DNA from: the human T2T-CHM13v2.0 reference genome, Homo sapiens
Assembly: GCF_009914755.1 (NCBI RefSeq)
Contig: NC_060939.1
Reading direction: 5' to 3' (one strand)
Length of the DNA stretch: 64,000 nucleotides
Shown here: piece after piece, positions 1 to 13,690 of the stretch
Numbering within the stretch: position 1 is the first letter of the stretch
How the letters are laid out: every line of letters begins with the position of its first letter
Translations under genes and position numbers: made by a program
Notes under the pieces: model-generated
Told to the model about the DNA's origin: nothing
Database searches by the model: none
What the model saw: the letters and a program-made list of their open reading frames with translations, nothing else

Positions 1-4
1 GCAA

Positions 5-75
5 ATTAAATGGCTTGTGCAGGATCACTCAGCTAGTAAGAGGCATAGCTGGGATTTGAACCCTGGTCTCTGGGC
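5..75 (-). mobile_element. MIR fragment
   Basis: aggatcactcagctagtaagaggcatagctgggatttgaaccc resembles the MIR core in reverse orientation. Confidence 0.7.
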
Positions 76-1378
76 TCTTATTGTCAACTCCTGGTCTCCA
101 TTTTCTATGCTGGAGTAATACGTAAACAGCAGAAAGAATGAGGAAGGAGGGAGGGAAGACAGAGAAACATTACTAAGTCACATTTCTGGGCAGTAGGGCA
201 CTAAAGAGAATCACTCTGCTTGTTTGCTTTCAGTCAAGAAAAATGTTTAGATATTCAGCACAATCAGACTTAACATTGAGACCTCTTTCATTAAATTTCA
301 TCATATTCTATAAACAGTAATTTGTCCTCAAATATTCCCAGGGTGATGTAGACAGAACAAATAAGACAGAGTCCTTCTTCAGTGTTAAGACAATAGAGGA
401 CAAAGAAGATTAAGAATGCACAGTCTTTCTCGTGAGGACTTTGCAATTTGTAGGTGAGACAGTATGCAAATGGCTGCATTTCGAGAGTGATGTAGTGCCA
501 GAAAGGAGAAAGAAATTACCTCTAGAGAATACCATAGAGGCAGCATTCATGGAGTTGAGGTAGCATGTGAGCTGGGCCTGAGAGGCATTTCATCTGAGAA
601 GGCAGGGAATGGAGGTTCAGGCAACAGGACCTGAGTCGGTAAAGGCATGGGAATGGGGGTGAGGGTGGGGAAAGAAAGTAAAGGACATTTGTTGCAGAAC
701 AGTGACTTGTCAATTTAGCTGGGAAGCTGTACTGAAGGAAGACCACGCTTTGGTTCCTTTAGCACATCAAATGCTTTGCCTAGCCGGTCCAACTCCCATC
801 GTCGCTATACACACCTTTGTTTATGCAATCTACTTTCTCCCAAGAAGCTACCTGAGGGAACCATGGAATTATATACCTGGCAGTTTGAGAACAAAGGTAA
901 ACAAAGGGCAGACACAGCCTGAGGTCATAGAGTGAGCTGGTAATAACATCACAAATTCCTAAAGGGAAGGGTAGTCTGGTTGCAGCTGCAAACGCCTACA
1001 GGAAGGAGGTAGGCACCTACTCCGGTTCCAGCACGCTCCATTTAATATGCTTTTTCTGACCATGGCAGCAGATCTGGGTACCCAGGAGAGTCCTTCCTTG
1101 CATCTAGGTTTGAGTTCTCAGTAAGAATCAAATTTCCTGCAAGGAGATTCCTCTCAGGGACCCAAGGGCACCTACAAATCGTCAAAGTCATGAGCAAATA
1201 GGCTTCCTCTTGTTCCTTATCTGTCATGAAACAGTTGCTCCCTTTAGTAGATAACCTTTTTGGATTAAATTGACGTCATCTGTACAGATACAAATTTAAA
1301 TAGCCATGCATGTGAGAGAGATAATCATGATGTTCATGTATGTCAGGCAGTGTGCATTTCATTAAAAAAGAGAAACTA

Positions 1379-1743
<365 letters not shown>

Positions 1744-1754
1744 TCAGCATCCAT

Positions 1755-2300
1755 AAATAAAGTTTTATTAGAACACAGCCATACTTATTCATTTATCTAT
1801 TTTCTATGGCTGCTTTTATTTTTATAATTTTTTTTAAGTTCAGGGGTACATGTGCAGGTTTGTTACATAGGTAAACTTGTGTCACGGGGGTTTGTTGTAC
1901 AGTTATTTCATCACCCAGGTATTAAACCTAATTCCCATTAGTTATTTTTCCTGATCCTCTCCCTCCTCCCACCCTCCACCCTCTGACAGGCCCCAGTGTG
2001 TCTTGTTCCCCTCTGTTGTGTCCTTGTGTTCTTATCATTTGGCTCTCACTTATAAGTGAGAACATGCTACCACATGGTTTTCTGTTCCTGCGTTAGTTTG
2101 CTAAGGATAATGACCTCCAGCTCCATCCATGTCCCTACAAAGGACATGATCTCGTTCTTTTTAATGGCTGCATAGTATTCCATGGTGTATATGTATTATG
2201 ACTGCTTTTATGCTGTAACAGTGAAGTTGAATAGTTGCAACAGGACTACCAAGTATAACATATTTACTCTGTGGCCCTTTGCAAGAAAACTATGGTAACC
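1755..2300 (+). mobile_element. MER58A (hAT-Charlie MITE) split by an L1 insertion
   Basis: aaataaagttttattagaacacagcc...tatggctgcttt, resuming after the L1 with gaagttgaatagttgcaacag...tatttactctgtggccctttgcaagaaaa; matches remembered MER58A consensus. Confidence 0.75.
1819..2196 (-). mobile_element. 5'-truncated older primate L1 3' end (L1PA13-16/L1PB-like)
   Basis: caggggtacatgtgcaggtttgttacataggtaaac...catagtattccatggtgtatatgta; TSD tatggctgctttta (1805-1818) / tatgactgctttta (2197-2210). Confidence 0.85.
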
Positions 2301-2386
2301 TTGGTCTAAGAAAACAGTCAGTTTCGGTTAGGATCCTGTTTAATCCTTGTGACTTTACAGTTAAGTGGTATTAGGAACATTTTGTA

Positions 2387-2804
<418 letters not shown>

Positions 2805-3001
2805 CTAGTATTTATTGGTTTTGTGGGGGTGTTACCTTTAAAAAAATTTTAGAATCGGGGGTACGTGTGCCTAAGTTTTAATAGAATAGGAAACCAGAAC
2901 TGAAAGCTTATTTCTGTGTTCATAATAACTCTAAGCTTCAAGGGCACATTCCCTGCTGTATCCTCAAGGCTTAATGAATGGTTGAATTACTGAATAATTC
3001 T

Positions 3002-3293
3002 TCTTTTTTTTTTGAGACAGAGTCTCACTCTGTTGCCCAGGCTGGAGTGCAGTGGTGCGATCTTGGCTCATGCAAGCTCCGCCTCCTGGGTTCACGCCAT
3101 TCTCCTGCCTCAGCCTCCTGAGTAGCTGGGACTACAGGCACCCGCCACCACACCCAGCTAATTTTTTTGTACTTTAGTAGAGATGGGGTTTCACCGTGTT
3201 AGCCAGGATGGTCTCGATCTCCTGACCTCGTGATCTGCCCGTCTCGGCCTCCCAAAGTCCTGGGATTACAGGCGTGAGCCACCACGCCCAGCA
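3002..3293 (-). mobile_element. AluY
   Basis: gcaagctccgcc, ttcacgccattc, gttagccaggatggtctcgatc; 18-bp perfect TSD gaattactgaataattct (2984-3001 / 3294-3311). Confidence 0.95.
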
Positions 3294-3494
3294 GAATTAC
3301 TGAATAATTCTAAGTAGAAATTCTAAGAAATGATTCTAAGTAGTAGGAACACATCCTGACTCTTGAGGCTGGTGAGAACTTTTTGGTTAGATTAGAACAC
3401 ATTCCATCATTCGTTTCCCTCCTATTTTCACTCAGTGGTTCACAGGCTTTCCATGATAAAACTAGTGTTTTTGGAACATAGAAAAGCACGTGCT

Positions 3495-3869
<375 letters not shown>

Positions 3870-3897
3870 TCACTGCTTAGTGGTGGTTTACATAGGA

Positions 3898-4197
<300 letters not shown>

Positions 4198-5529
4198 TAC
4201 ATGGGATTCTCGACTGCCCAGCAGAGAAGTCTGATTGGGATTCCTGAACACACTACCTGCAGTCAGAGAGGCTGACCTGCATGGTGACAAAGGCTGACTG
4301 CTCACTCACGACAGCCAGCATCTCTTCTGGGTTCCACTCAGGGGCATATAGGATCAAGGCCCTAATTCATGCCCCATAGGAGCCGATTCCTCACATTAGT
4401 CTCTCCAGACCCAAGAAGATGCCCCCCCCGCCCCCAAACTCAATTTAAAAATAGTCCAAAAAATACACTTCTCATTAGATTTATTTTTCTTTCACATCAT
4501 CCCGCAATTTTAGTTCATGCACACAGCGCAGCATAATTAAAACCAAACTCAGGCCTTGCCTGAAAGTCAGCCCCGTTCCTCTGAGTCATCATCCCCCAGC
4601 TCAGCTAACAGACCTTCATCTGGTGAGGGGTCCACCGGGGAGGGTTGAGGCAGGAAGGCAGGAGGAAGCGTGGGTCTGGCTGGAGCCTCACAATCAAAGC
4701 CTCTGTTCAGTTGTACCTTCCCCTCTTCCCTCCTCCACCGTCCTCTTCTCTGGTTGGGACTCTCTTAAAGCAATCATGTCTTCTATGAAAGGCAAGGCCT
4801 GTTGGGACATGAAGCAGCCATGGAAGGTCCTCCAGGCAAGATTTCCCATAGAAAGTTTGGCCAAATTCATAAATTAAGTTGAAAATTCGATCCTGTTTGC
4901 TGCCAAGTGGGGCTAATTAATTTCTGTACAGACTGATGAACAGGAAGCACACTATTCACATTATTTCATCAACAATTAATTCACTAAGCTCAGATTCATT
5001 AGTTTCCTGGCATTCGCCATCCTAAACAGTGTTGGGAAGGCATTTGTGGAGGGAGCCCGGCTATTTTAAGCCTCCTGGAGAACACCTTCGGCTCAGCTGC
5101 CTCCTTGCAGGTGACTTCACCCTCCCCTGGAGAGGACTCATTAGGGATTGTTTTGCAGCCCCAGGAGGCAGGCCTGGGTGGTGCCCCATTCCTCCCTGGG
5201 ACGTTCTGGAACTTTGTGGCCTCCCTGGCAGGAAGAAGCCACGCTCTGGGCCCCACATTAATTGATACTTTACTAATGAGCTTCATAAATGCCCCAGGGC
5301 ACTCCTAAGGACAGGAAACTGGAAGGAATTGAGCTCCAGCTCAGTCTCCCCCAGGCCCTCCTACCCTCAGATTTCCTTCAGACCAGAGGCCCTATATTCT
5401 AGGGCACAAGGTCCGCAGGTGAGAGCTGTTCATTGGTCAGTCAGCAGGCACCTGATACAATTATGGTGCAGTCAGGGAAGGCTTCCTGGAAGGGGAACAA
5501 TATAAATGTTTCACAAGAGCAGGGACTCT

Positions 5530-5600
5530 CTTTTGTTACAGTTGTATACCCAGCTCCTAGCACAGGTCCTGGCACAAAGTAGGTGGTCAATACATGTGAG
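5530..5600 (+). mobile_element. L2 3' end fragment
   Basis: tatacccagctcctagcacaggtcctggcacaaagtaggtggtcaata. Confidence 0.65.
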
Positions 5601-5732
5601 AGACAGGAAGAAAGAGAGGGAGAGAAGGAAGAAAGGAATATGGTCAGAAGGAAATGAAAGGTAATAACTAAGCTGAAAACAGATGAGTATGAGCTACACC
5701 CAGATAGGGGAAATGGGGTGGAGGTGGCAGTT

Positions 5733-5856
5733 AGAGCCATGCTGTGCAGTTGTATAAGTTGTACACTACACATCTCTGAGGGCACCATATACATTTATAT
5801 AAACAGATCTAGAATTATGCAGCATGAAACTTGCACAGCTGTACATAGCAGTCCTA
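5733..5856. mobile_element. MER91A-like palindromic MITE
   Basis: tgtgcagttgtataagttgtacactacaca..gagggcaccat...ctagaattatgcagcatgaaacttgcacagctgtaca; degenerate inverted arms. Confidence 0.6.
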
Positions 5857-7910
5857 GTAACAGGGCAACAAAGAGAGCATTTCAGGCTGAGACCACAGCA
5901 TGTGCAAAGCTTAGAAGTAAACAAGAAAAAGGAGAAGCATTGAATAACTAGAAGAAGCTCAGATTAGCTAGAAATCCTGAGGGTGGAGACTGTATTTTCT
6001 ATATCTCTGTGTCTTCCATGTGGTACCTCCCACATGGTGACAGGTTAGGGATGGTCCCTGAATCCAAGCGAACCTTGGGTGTTTTGCCAGTACAAAGGGA
6101 GCCCAGGCCTCCATGCTGATGTGCAGCCCTATGCCATGCCCAGCCCCATCAGGGAGGTGCTCACTCTATCATGGGAGACAGACATCACTTCTAGCATTGT
6201 GCAATGGCCCTGGGTGGGGGAGAAAGAGAACTTCCAATGGTCAAGCATTTTCCCGTTTCCTCTTAGAACGGTGATTTAGGTAACTGTGAGTTTTTATGCA
6301 CTGTCCTGTCTTAGCATGTCAGAATTATACAGGCCATGAAAATCATTTTGACCGTTACGTATTTTACTATTGAAGAGAATGTGGCCCATAGAGGGAAAGA
6401 AAGTCACCCAATGCCACCCACCTAGTTAGCAAAGGAATCAGGGCCCCAGGCTTATCCTTTGGATGTTCCTGCACATCAAACGGCCTCAGCAAACATTTCT
6501 GTATTCCAGTGCCTGCCTCCCCATGTTGGTGCATGGTCTGCCTGAAAGTGGGCAAGGTATGGTAAGGGGTCAGGCTCGGCCAAATTCATAAATTAAGTTG
6601 AATTTGGCACGAAAGGAAAGGAAGATGCTCAACTTCCTGAGAAAGTAGCAAAGACCTTCTATACCATGAGTTTCTCTTCTGTCATATCACATAAATGGGT
6701 TCTGTCTAGTCTAAGCCCAGAGGTGCTGACTGTCCTTAAGCTCTAAGTGACACTGTGTGGCTCCACCCTCGTTATGTGGCCCCTTAGTATCTTCTCCAGC
6801 AAGCTTCTTGAAGTAAAAGGGCAGATGCTATGCAGACGGGCATCACAGGAAAAAATAAGGTAAAACAGTTTGGAGAAAGCCACATCCAGCCTCCACACCC
6901 TCCAAGGAAGGCATGCATGTCTTCTGCCCGCAAACCTGGATGGGCAGACACACAGCATACACACAGCTCTGTGACAATGGGCATCCTCATTCAGGCTGAG
7001 GAGCCATAAACAGCCCTTGCAAGCACTCACTTTCCCAAGCAAGCCGCAGGCTTGTACCAGAGGTGCTCAGGTTGGTTCACCTGGCCCGGCTCCACCCTTG
7101 TGAAAGCGGAAAGGCCAAGGAAAAGCCCGACCGGGAGATTCTGGCTCTCTTTCTTGGCAGTGGCCATACACTTGACATGCTCTCTGTTCATGAATTTCCT
7201 TTTTTGTCTGGGCATAGTAAACTATTGTGGCTAAGGCAAGCCTTGGCCCACGGGGCAGGCAAGTCAGAGCCCTTGGCAGCAGCCTCCCTCAGAAGCCCTG
7301 ACTTGCTTGGACCCTGCATCACCGAGGAGTAACGACTTACACTTCATCTCCTGTGCTCTTTTCCCCAGGACGGTTTTGCTCATTACTGCGTCCTCCTTTC
7401 CGCTAGGTGTTGCCAGAAATGGGATGTTAGTGAGTCTCCAGTATTTGAAACGTTTTGCAAAAAATGTTACATTTCTTGCTCCCTCACAACTGCAAACAGG
7501 AAGACAAGCTGTGTTTCAAAGTTGAATGAGCGAAAAACGGTAGACTCAGTTTTTAGGGTGACATGGCCCTTCCTTCCCAGTCTAAATGAAATGATAGGAG
7601 ATACATAAAAATAGGGTAAGTCTGGATTGGTACTGGTAGCTGGGTAAGGGTGCCCAGCAAATATCAGAACATTTCAAGGAAATTCTGTTAGGTTGAAAAT
7701 AAGTGGTACAAAATGAAAGGAGGATGCCCACATTCAACTTGCAACTCAGCTTCCTGAGAAAGTAACAAAGGCCCATTCTCTTGAGTTTCTCTTCTATCAA
7801 GTAACAAATGGGTCCTATCAGACTTTAGGTTTGAGGTATAGTGATTTTTTTTTAGGGGGCAGGAGGAGTCTTAGACGGATTTACCTTTCTTCTTAAGAAG
7901 AAAAGTTCAA

Positions 7911-8200
7911 GCCGGGCACGGTGGCTCACGCCTGTAATCCCGGCACTTTAGGAGGCCGAGGCGGGTGAATCACGAGGTCAGGAGATCGAGACCATCCTGG
8001 CTAACACGGTGAAACCCCGTCTCTACTAAAAAAATACGAAAAATTAGCCGGTCCTGGTGGCGGGCGCCTGTAGTCCCAGCTACTCGGGAGGCTGAGGCAG
8101 GAGAATGGCGTGAACCCGGGAGGCGGACCTTGCAGTGAGCCGCGGGCCACTGCACTCCAGCCTGGGCGACAGAGCGAGACTCCGTCTCAAAAAAAAAAAA
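7911..8200 (+). mobile_element. AluY
   Basis: CpG-rich, gagatcgagaccatcctggctaacacggtg; TSD aaaagttcaa. Confidence 0.95.
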
Positions 8201-8399
8201 AGTTCAATACCTTGCATTTTCTGCAGGGCCCTTGCCTCCGTCACCCTCAGCCATATGCACTGGGTGGATTTCCTTCCACCCCTCACCTCCCAGCTCCCGG
8301 GGTGGGCATTGGTTGTCTTCAGCTCCCTTTTCACTACGGGATTTAAAGCTGAGCTGCAGCAGCTACCTTCTGACCCCGAGGGGAGATACTGTCTGAGAA

Positions 8400-8590
8400 C
8401 AGTCAACACATGGGAAGAACAGAGCTGTGCTGAGTACTAATAATATCGTTTGACCCCCACATTGAGTTGTGCCTGACACTTAACCCTAGCCCAGGACTAT
8501 CCAGTCACATGAGCCAGCAAATTCCCTCTTTGCTTAATCCAACTTGAGTTGGGTTTTCTGTCACTTGTAACCAAAAGAGTTCCAACTGCT
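8400..8590 (+). mobile_element. MLT1-type MaLR LTR 3' fragment
   Basis: cagtcacatgagccagcaaattccctctttgcttaatccaacttgagttgggttttctgtcacttgtaaccaaaagag. Confidence 0.65.
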
Positions 8591-8666
8591 TTGGTTAGGC
8601 AGAGTACATCAATAATATAGTCTAAAGGTAATCTTACTTCCCTGAGAATCTGCAGGTGTTGGATAT

Positions 8667-9070
8667 TGATGTGATTCAGCTTTGTGTCCCCATCCAAATC
8701 TCATCTTGAATTGTAATCCTATAATCCCCCACATGTCATGGGAGGGACCCGGTAGGAGGTAATTGAATCATCGGGGCAGTTTCCCTGATGCTGTTCTCAT
8801 GATAGTAACCGAGTTCTCATGAGATCCAATGGTTTAATAAGGGGCTTCCCCCTTCACTCTGCTCTCATTCTCTCTCCTGCTGTCCTGTGAAGAGGTGCCT
8901 TCTTCCCTCTCCTGCTGCCCTATGAAGAGGTGCATTCTGCCATGACTGAAAGTTTCCTGAGGCCTCCCCAGCCATGCAGAACTGTGAGTCAATTAAACCT
9001 CTTTTCTTTATAAATTACCGGGGTTTGTCTCGGGCCTGTCCTTATAGCAGCGTGAGAACAAACTAATACA
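8667..9070 (+). mobile_element. THE1/MST-type MaLR solo LTR
   Basis: TG start tgatgtg...gtgtccccatccaaatctcatcttgaattgtaat; aactgtgagtcaattaaacctc; CA end aactaataca; TSD gatat/aatat. Confidence 0.9.
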
Positions 9071-10661
9071 AATATAACATTAATATTAACAACTGTGCTC
9101 ACAATAACATTCTATCTTCACAATATACTTTTAAAGAACAACCAACAGAAGGGAAACCAATGAGCTGTACATAAATGGCACCTACATAAACATAACTTCT
9201 TCATTCATGTGTGCTTTTAGTATTTTAATTTTCCTGAGAGCTGCCTTCATAACCAGGCTACTGACCCTCAGGGCCTTAAAGACCAAAGGAAATAGGAGGC
9301 TGAAGAAATCGAAGGTGACATGAAGTGTTCCCCTGCCCCACTGCCAAGCCCACCCAATCTGAAGATGAACATTTTAGTTTCCAAATGGGCAGAAATACTC
9401 CATCTCCCACAGGACGTTCTATGGCTATGTTAAGGAGAAAGAGGAAAAAAAATGAGAAAACTTTTTTGCTCATTTGACAACATTCTCCCACTCTCTCATT
9501 GTGCGCAGCCACAGCCTCCTTCCAATTCCTTAGATTTGCTATGCTTTTTCCTTCACATCTGTTTACCTTCATAGCACCACCTACCACCGTAGGTCATAAA
9601 ATGCTTGCTGATATGTTTATTTGTGGAACGTCAGACTCTTTTCTCAGCTGTAGGGTCTGCAAGGCAGCAGCCAGGTTGGTTTTGGCCCTTACTCTATACT
9701 CAGAGGGTGGCCTAACACCAAGTAAGTACTTGTTGAATAAACGAATGAATGAAGGTATGAATGAGTGCTTGTAACTTTCCTGGGTTAAGAGGGATGAAAG
9801 AGTGTGTTTTGTCATACACGATTTTTGTCTGCGATGATTCTTTCTTCTAAAGTGTTTTATTTAATAAAAGGTTGATATTTTGTCAACTGATTCTGATCCT
9901 AGTTTTGTTTTTTTTTTTTTTTTAGAGTAAGGGGAGGAGGGGGAGACCAGTGGAGGAAGGAAGAGGGGACTTGGTACTACCTAGAAACTGGTTCTGTGCA
10001 TTTATCTTTCTTTGGATGCAGGAGTGGGTTGCTTAGAGGAAGAAATGAAAGCTGTGTTGATTCTACTTCTGGAAGGGAATTTAACAGCTGCTGCCAGGAG
10101 TCATGAGGCAGTGGATTCTGGTTGATAGTCGAAATTCTGATTTGGGGTAAAAGAGCATGAATATATCTATCTTGCTTAGAATGTTCCAGTTTTACCATTA
10201 CCTGGAGACCATGGAGAACTATAAGGGGAGTGGAATGTGAAGCCCAAAAAAAAAAAAAAAAACACTCTTTTTTTTGTTTTAAATTCTTGGAAGATTCATA
10301 TTCAACAAAAGGGGCACAGTTAAGTCAATGACGCCTCATGCATTGGGGGAATATTATATATCCATTAAAATAATTTATATTATTATGAAACAAGCTTATG
10401 CTATGGTATGAAGTGCAGAATCTAAAATGAAATAAAACCAGAAAGACTCAGGACCCAAAGTTGTTGCTACAGAATATTAATAACTGGGTTGATAAGCTCC
10501 CTGCCTGGGGCCTGGCTTACCTCCGCAGCACCATCTCTTATCACTCCTCCTCCTCGAGGCCCCTGCCCTCTGCCCTCCAGTCACCCCAAAGCCACGTTTC
10601 ACTCACACCTTCCCCCCATTGCCACCCTTTCCATCTCCTGGACAACTTCCCTTGATTCTTT

Positions 10662-10807
10662 AGGTATAAATTTAAATGTCCCTCCCTCAATTTAAAACCC
10701 TTCCCTAAACCCAGAGTCCATGGAAGTGCCCTGAGGTCTCAACTTAAATGTCTCTCCCTCTGGAAACCCTTTCCTAAACCCAGAGTCCACGGAAGTGCCC
10801 CGAGGTC
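10662..10807. repeat. ~70-bp diverged tandem duplication (2 copies)
   Basis: ttaaatgtc..tccctc..aaaccc..cctaaacccagagtcca(t/c)ggaagtgccc(t/c)gaggtc occurs twice. Confidence 0.9.
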
Positions 10808-12395
10808 AAGTCCCTCCTACTTACTTTTTGTACTTCCAGGTCATCACACTTAACACAAGGTCTCTAAGCTGTGAGCTCTGAGAGGAGGATGCAGTCATTC
10901 ATTGCAGTGTCACTAGCATAGTGCCTCAGTAAGTAAGAATATAGACCTGAAGGAAATAGGCCAGAATGTTGCCAGTAGTTGCCTCTAAGTGGGGCAACTC
11001 ATGCAGATTTGTATTCCCTTTTTTCAAGTTTTCTGTATTTTCCAAGATTTCCACAATAATCATGTATTACATCATATTGTTATGATAGCAAATAACAATA
11101 ACCCTTTAATTATAAAATATCTGGAAAAGGCATAAATATAGGCGACATCAAACGTTTTCTATTTTAACAGAACAGTGGGATTTCACTTGCACTTTTTAGG
11201 TCTTTATCTGGGGCAAAACATACAAATGCATCTGAATTACAAACCCATGAGAGAGTGTGGTGGGACCAGCGGGCCATGCAGAGCTGTGTCATGACATTAT
11301 GCCAGTGAGCTGCATATACCAGGGAACTTCACCCTGTTAGGGACCAGGCTTTTCATCTCTCTTATTTTCAGCAACTCTCCCAGGGCTGGAGCAGAGAAGG
11401 TGCCTACTTAATAAATGTTTGCTGAATTCCTTGATAGCAGTTTTAGAGAAGAAGCTAACTTAAACTGACCCACAGAAAAGTGGAATGTATTTTGTGCCAT
11501 TGTTCTGGAAATTTAGAGATGCACAGTAGGAAAAATTTCCCTCTGCCTTGTAATAGCACAACTGGAAGGTGTATATGTCTAGTTATACCCCATTTATCTA
11601 GGGATAAGGTTTAAAGTGACCTCAATTTTCCAGACTATGACCGAAAGCAAAAATAAGCCAAATAAATAAATAGGAGCGAGAGAGAAACAAACAAACAAAA
11701 AAAGAAGCCTGTGAGCATCCTAACAAGTTCACAACGGCCGTCGAGTTCATGACCTGGAAACCTCCAAGAGCTTCACACAGCCTCCCTCAGAACATGCTTA
11801 CAGGTACCTTGGACACAATTCTAACAAGCACAGCCTTGATCCTAACAAGGGTCCCATGTCATCACATACTAGGGGCGTTTTCCAAAGGGGCGTGATACCT
11901 TCCACGGTGTAAAGGCACTGGGACTTTACTGATGGCACAAGGTAAGCAACAAACATCAAAACTAGAACAGGCCTTTAAAGAACTTCTAGTGAAGTCCACC
12001 CCCTCCTTTTACAGATGAAGAAGCACAGTTAGCGAGGTTAATGGCCCCAAATCACACAACAATAAGGATGAAACTGTGACATACAATAAACACACAAGTA
12101 AACAAAAACCTCCCAGGCCCCTGACTCCCTGTATCAAAGCAACTGTAGTCAAGGGTCATCATGACCAAATGAAAGGAAGGCAGAGGAGTAAGTGCTATAT
12201 TTTAGAGTGATTCCCAGCAAACATTCTTTTACAATTTTTAATTGGTTCTTAAGAATGATTATCCTCAGTTATCTGAAGTACTGAATTCTGGCAAAGTTCC
12301 ACTGCCCGATATTGCTGGACAGAAAAATAACTCCTTTATATATATTTCCACCTATTGTTGCAAAATGGACTCAGTACTCTAGCTGGCTATCAGCT

Positions 12396-12431
12396 ACACA
12401 CACACACACACAGACACACAGACACACACAC
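12396..12431. repeat. interrupted (CA)n microsatellite
   Basis: acacacacacacacacagacacacagacacacacac. Confidence 0.9.
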
Positions 12432-13519
12432 TTTTCATATCATCCCATTGAGCAGATAGCGTGCTTTGTGAAGGCAGGCAGACTTGTTCATTTCTGTACA
12501 GTGCCTGGGGCAGTAGTTTTTCTGGATGAATAAATAAATGAACAAATGAATGAACCTCAAGATTCAGTAGTCAAGCTGTCCTATTTAACTTTCAACACAG
12601 CACGCCCATGTCTTGAGGCCAATTCTTAAAATCCATATGGTAGATGCATTTGGTATGACAGGAAGTAATTAAAACAAACTGTAAGCATTGAGGGAGCGGT
12701 TGTCAACGCTTATTTTGATAACCAACAAACAATGTGGAAACTGCATTTTTCCCTGTAAATAGGGGCATGCTGAAAGATGGAAATGCAAAAAAAAAAAAAA
12801 AAAAAAGAAAGAAAGAAAAGAAAAACTTCAACACACTATGTAAATCCTTGGAGGGAAGCAAGAAATCACACAAAGCATTGATCTTTTACTTTTTTTAATG
12901 CAAGATTTACACACATGTAGTTTTGTGTTTCTTTGCTAACCCCTTTTCCTCCACGGATAACTGTTAAAATCATTCTCCCACTTAGTTCCCTTATTTAGTA
13001 CCTCCTTAAAATTCAAGCTATTACTTCTTTTAAGGAGCAAAATTTGCAGATATTATCCTACTCATCTGCATCTTCTCCGAGACTATAAATTATCAGGATG
13101 CACCTCATGTCTAGACACCCGCAGGTGTCATTTGAATCCCTGATTTAAGCTGTTTACACCCCACGTTGTTTTATTTATCCTTCAACATCAGGTCTCTGTT
13201 TAATTAAAATTTACTTTGGTCCTCCTGGCGCTCGCCCGCACTATCCCCATAGCAGCACAGAAGTGGTTTTGCTCTTATTAATTCCACTTTTGCCTGTCTG
13301 CTCTAACCCAAGAAAGCTCTGCCCGCCCAGATCCCCAGCTTGAGTGTTGGAGTCAAAAACCACAAGCTAGGGCCAAGGATGCCTCCCGTTTACAAGCTGT
13401 TCTGCAGGCTAACGCTGATCTTCCCCAGACGCTAAATCATAATCTTCGTGTTTTTCGTATTTCACATTCTAGCCACAATTTCAACATCCCATCCCCGTGA
13501 CATTAGGGAATGATAAATC

Positions 13520-13690
13520 AGCAGGCGGGACAGTTCCCCTGTACAGACTGGTACGGGCGGACCGGGCTCTGCCAACGCCCTCGCTCCTGCCAGATGTCGG
13601 CGCCCGCGGGGTTAACCCTTTCCGGCAGCGCAGCCTTCCCCTGCGTCCGGCCGCTTCTCCAGGCAGCTGTTTTTAAAAACGTCCGCCTCC
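13520..13690. promoter_or_regulatory. small CpG-rich element (candidate promoter/enhancer, possible CTCF site)
   Basis: dense undecayed CpGs in unique sequence, GC box gggcgg, CTCF-like ctgccagatgtcg at 13587-13599. Confidence 0.55.

Noticed and set aside
1271-1278. Perfect CRE tgacgtca, plus scattered AP-1 sites
   Set aside because: Single 7-8 bp motifs are expected by chance in 64 kb and cannot be called functional.
11715-11900. Recurrent ctaacaag (x3) and aggggcgt (x2) words suggesting a spaced array
   Set aside because: They are too short and irregularly spaced; not CRISPR-like and compatible with chance.
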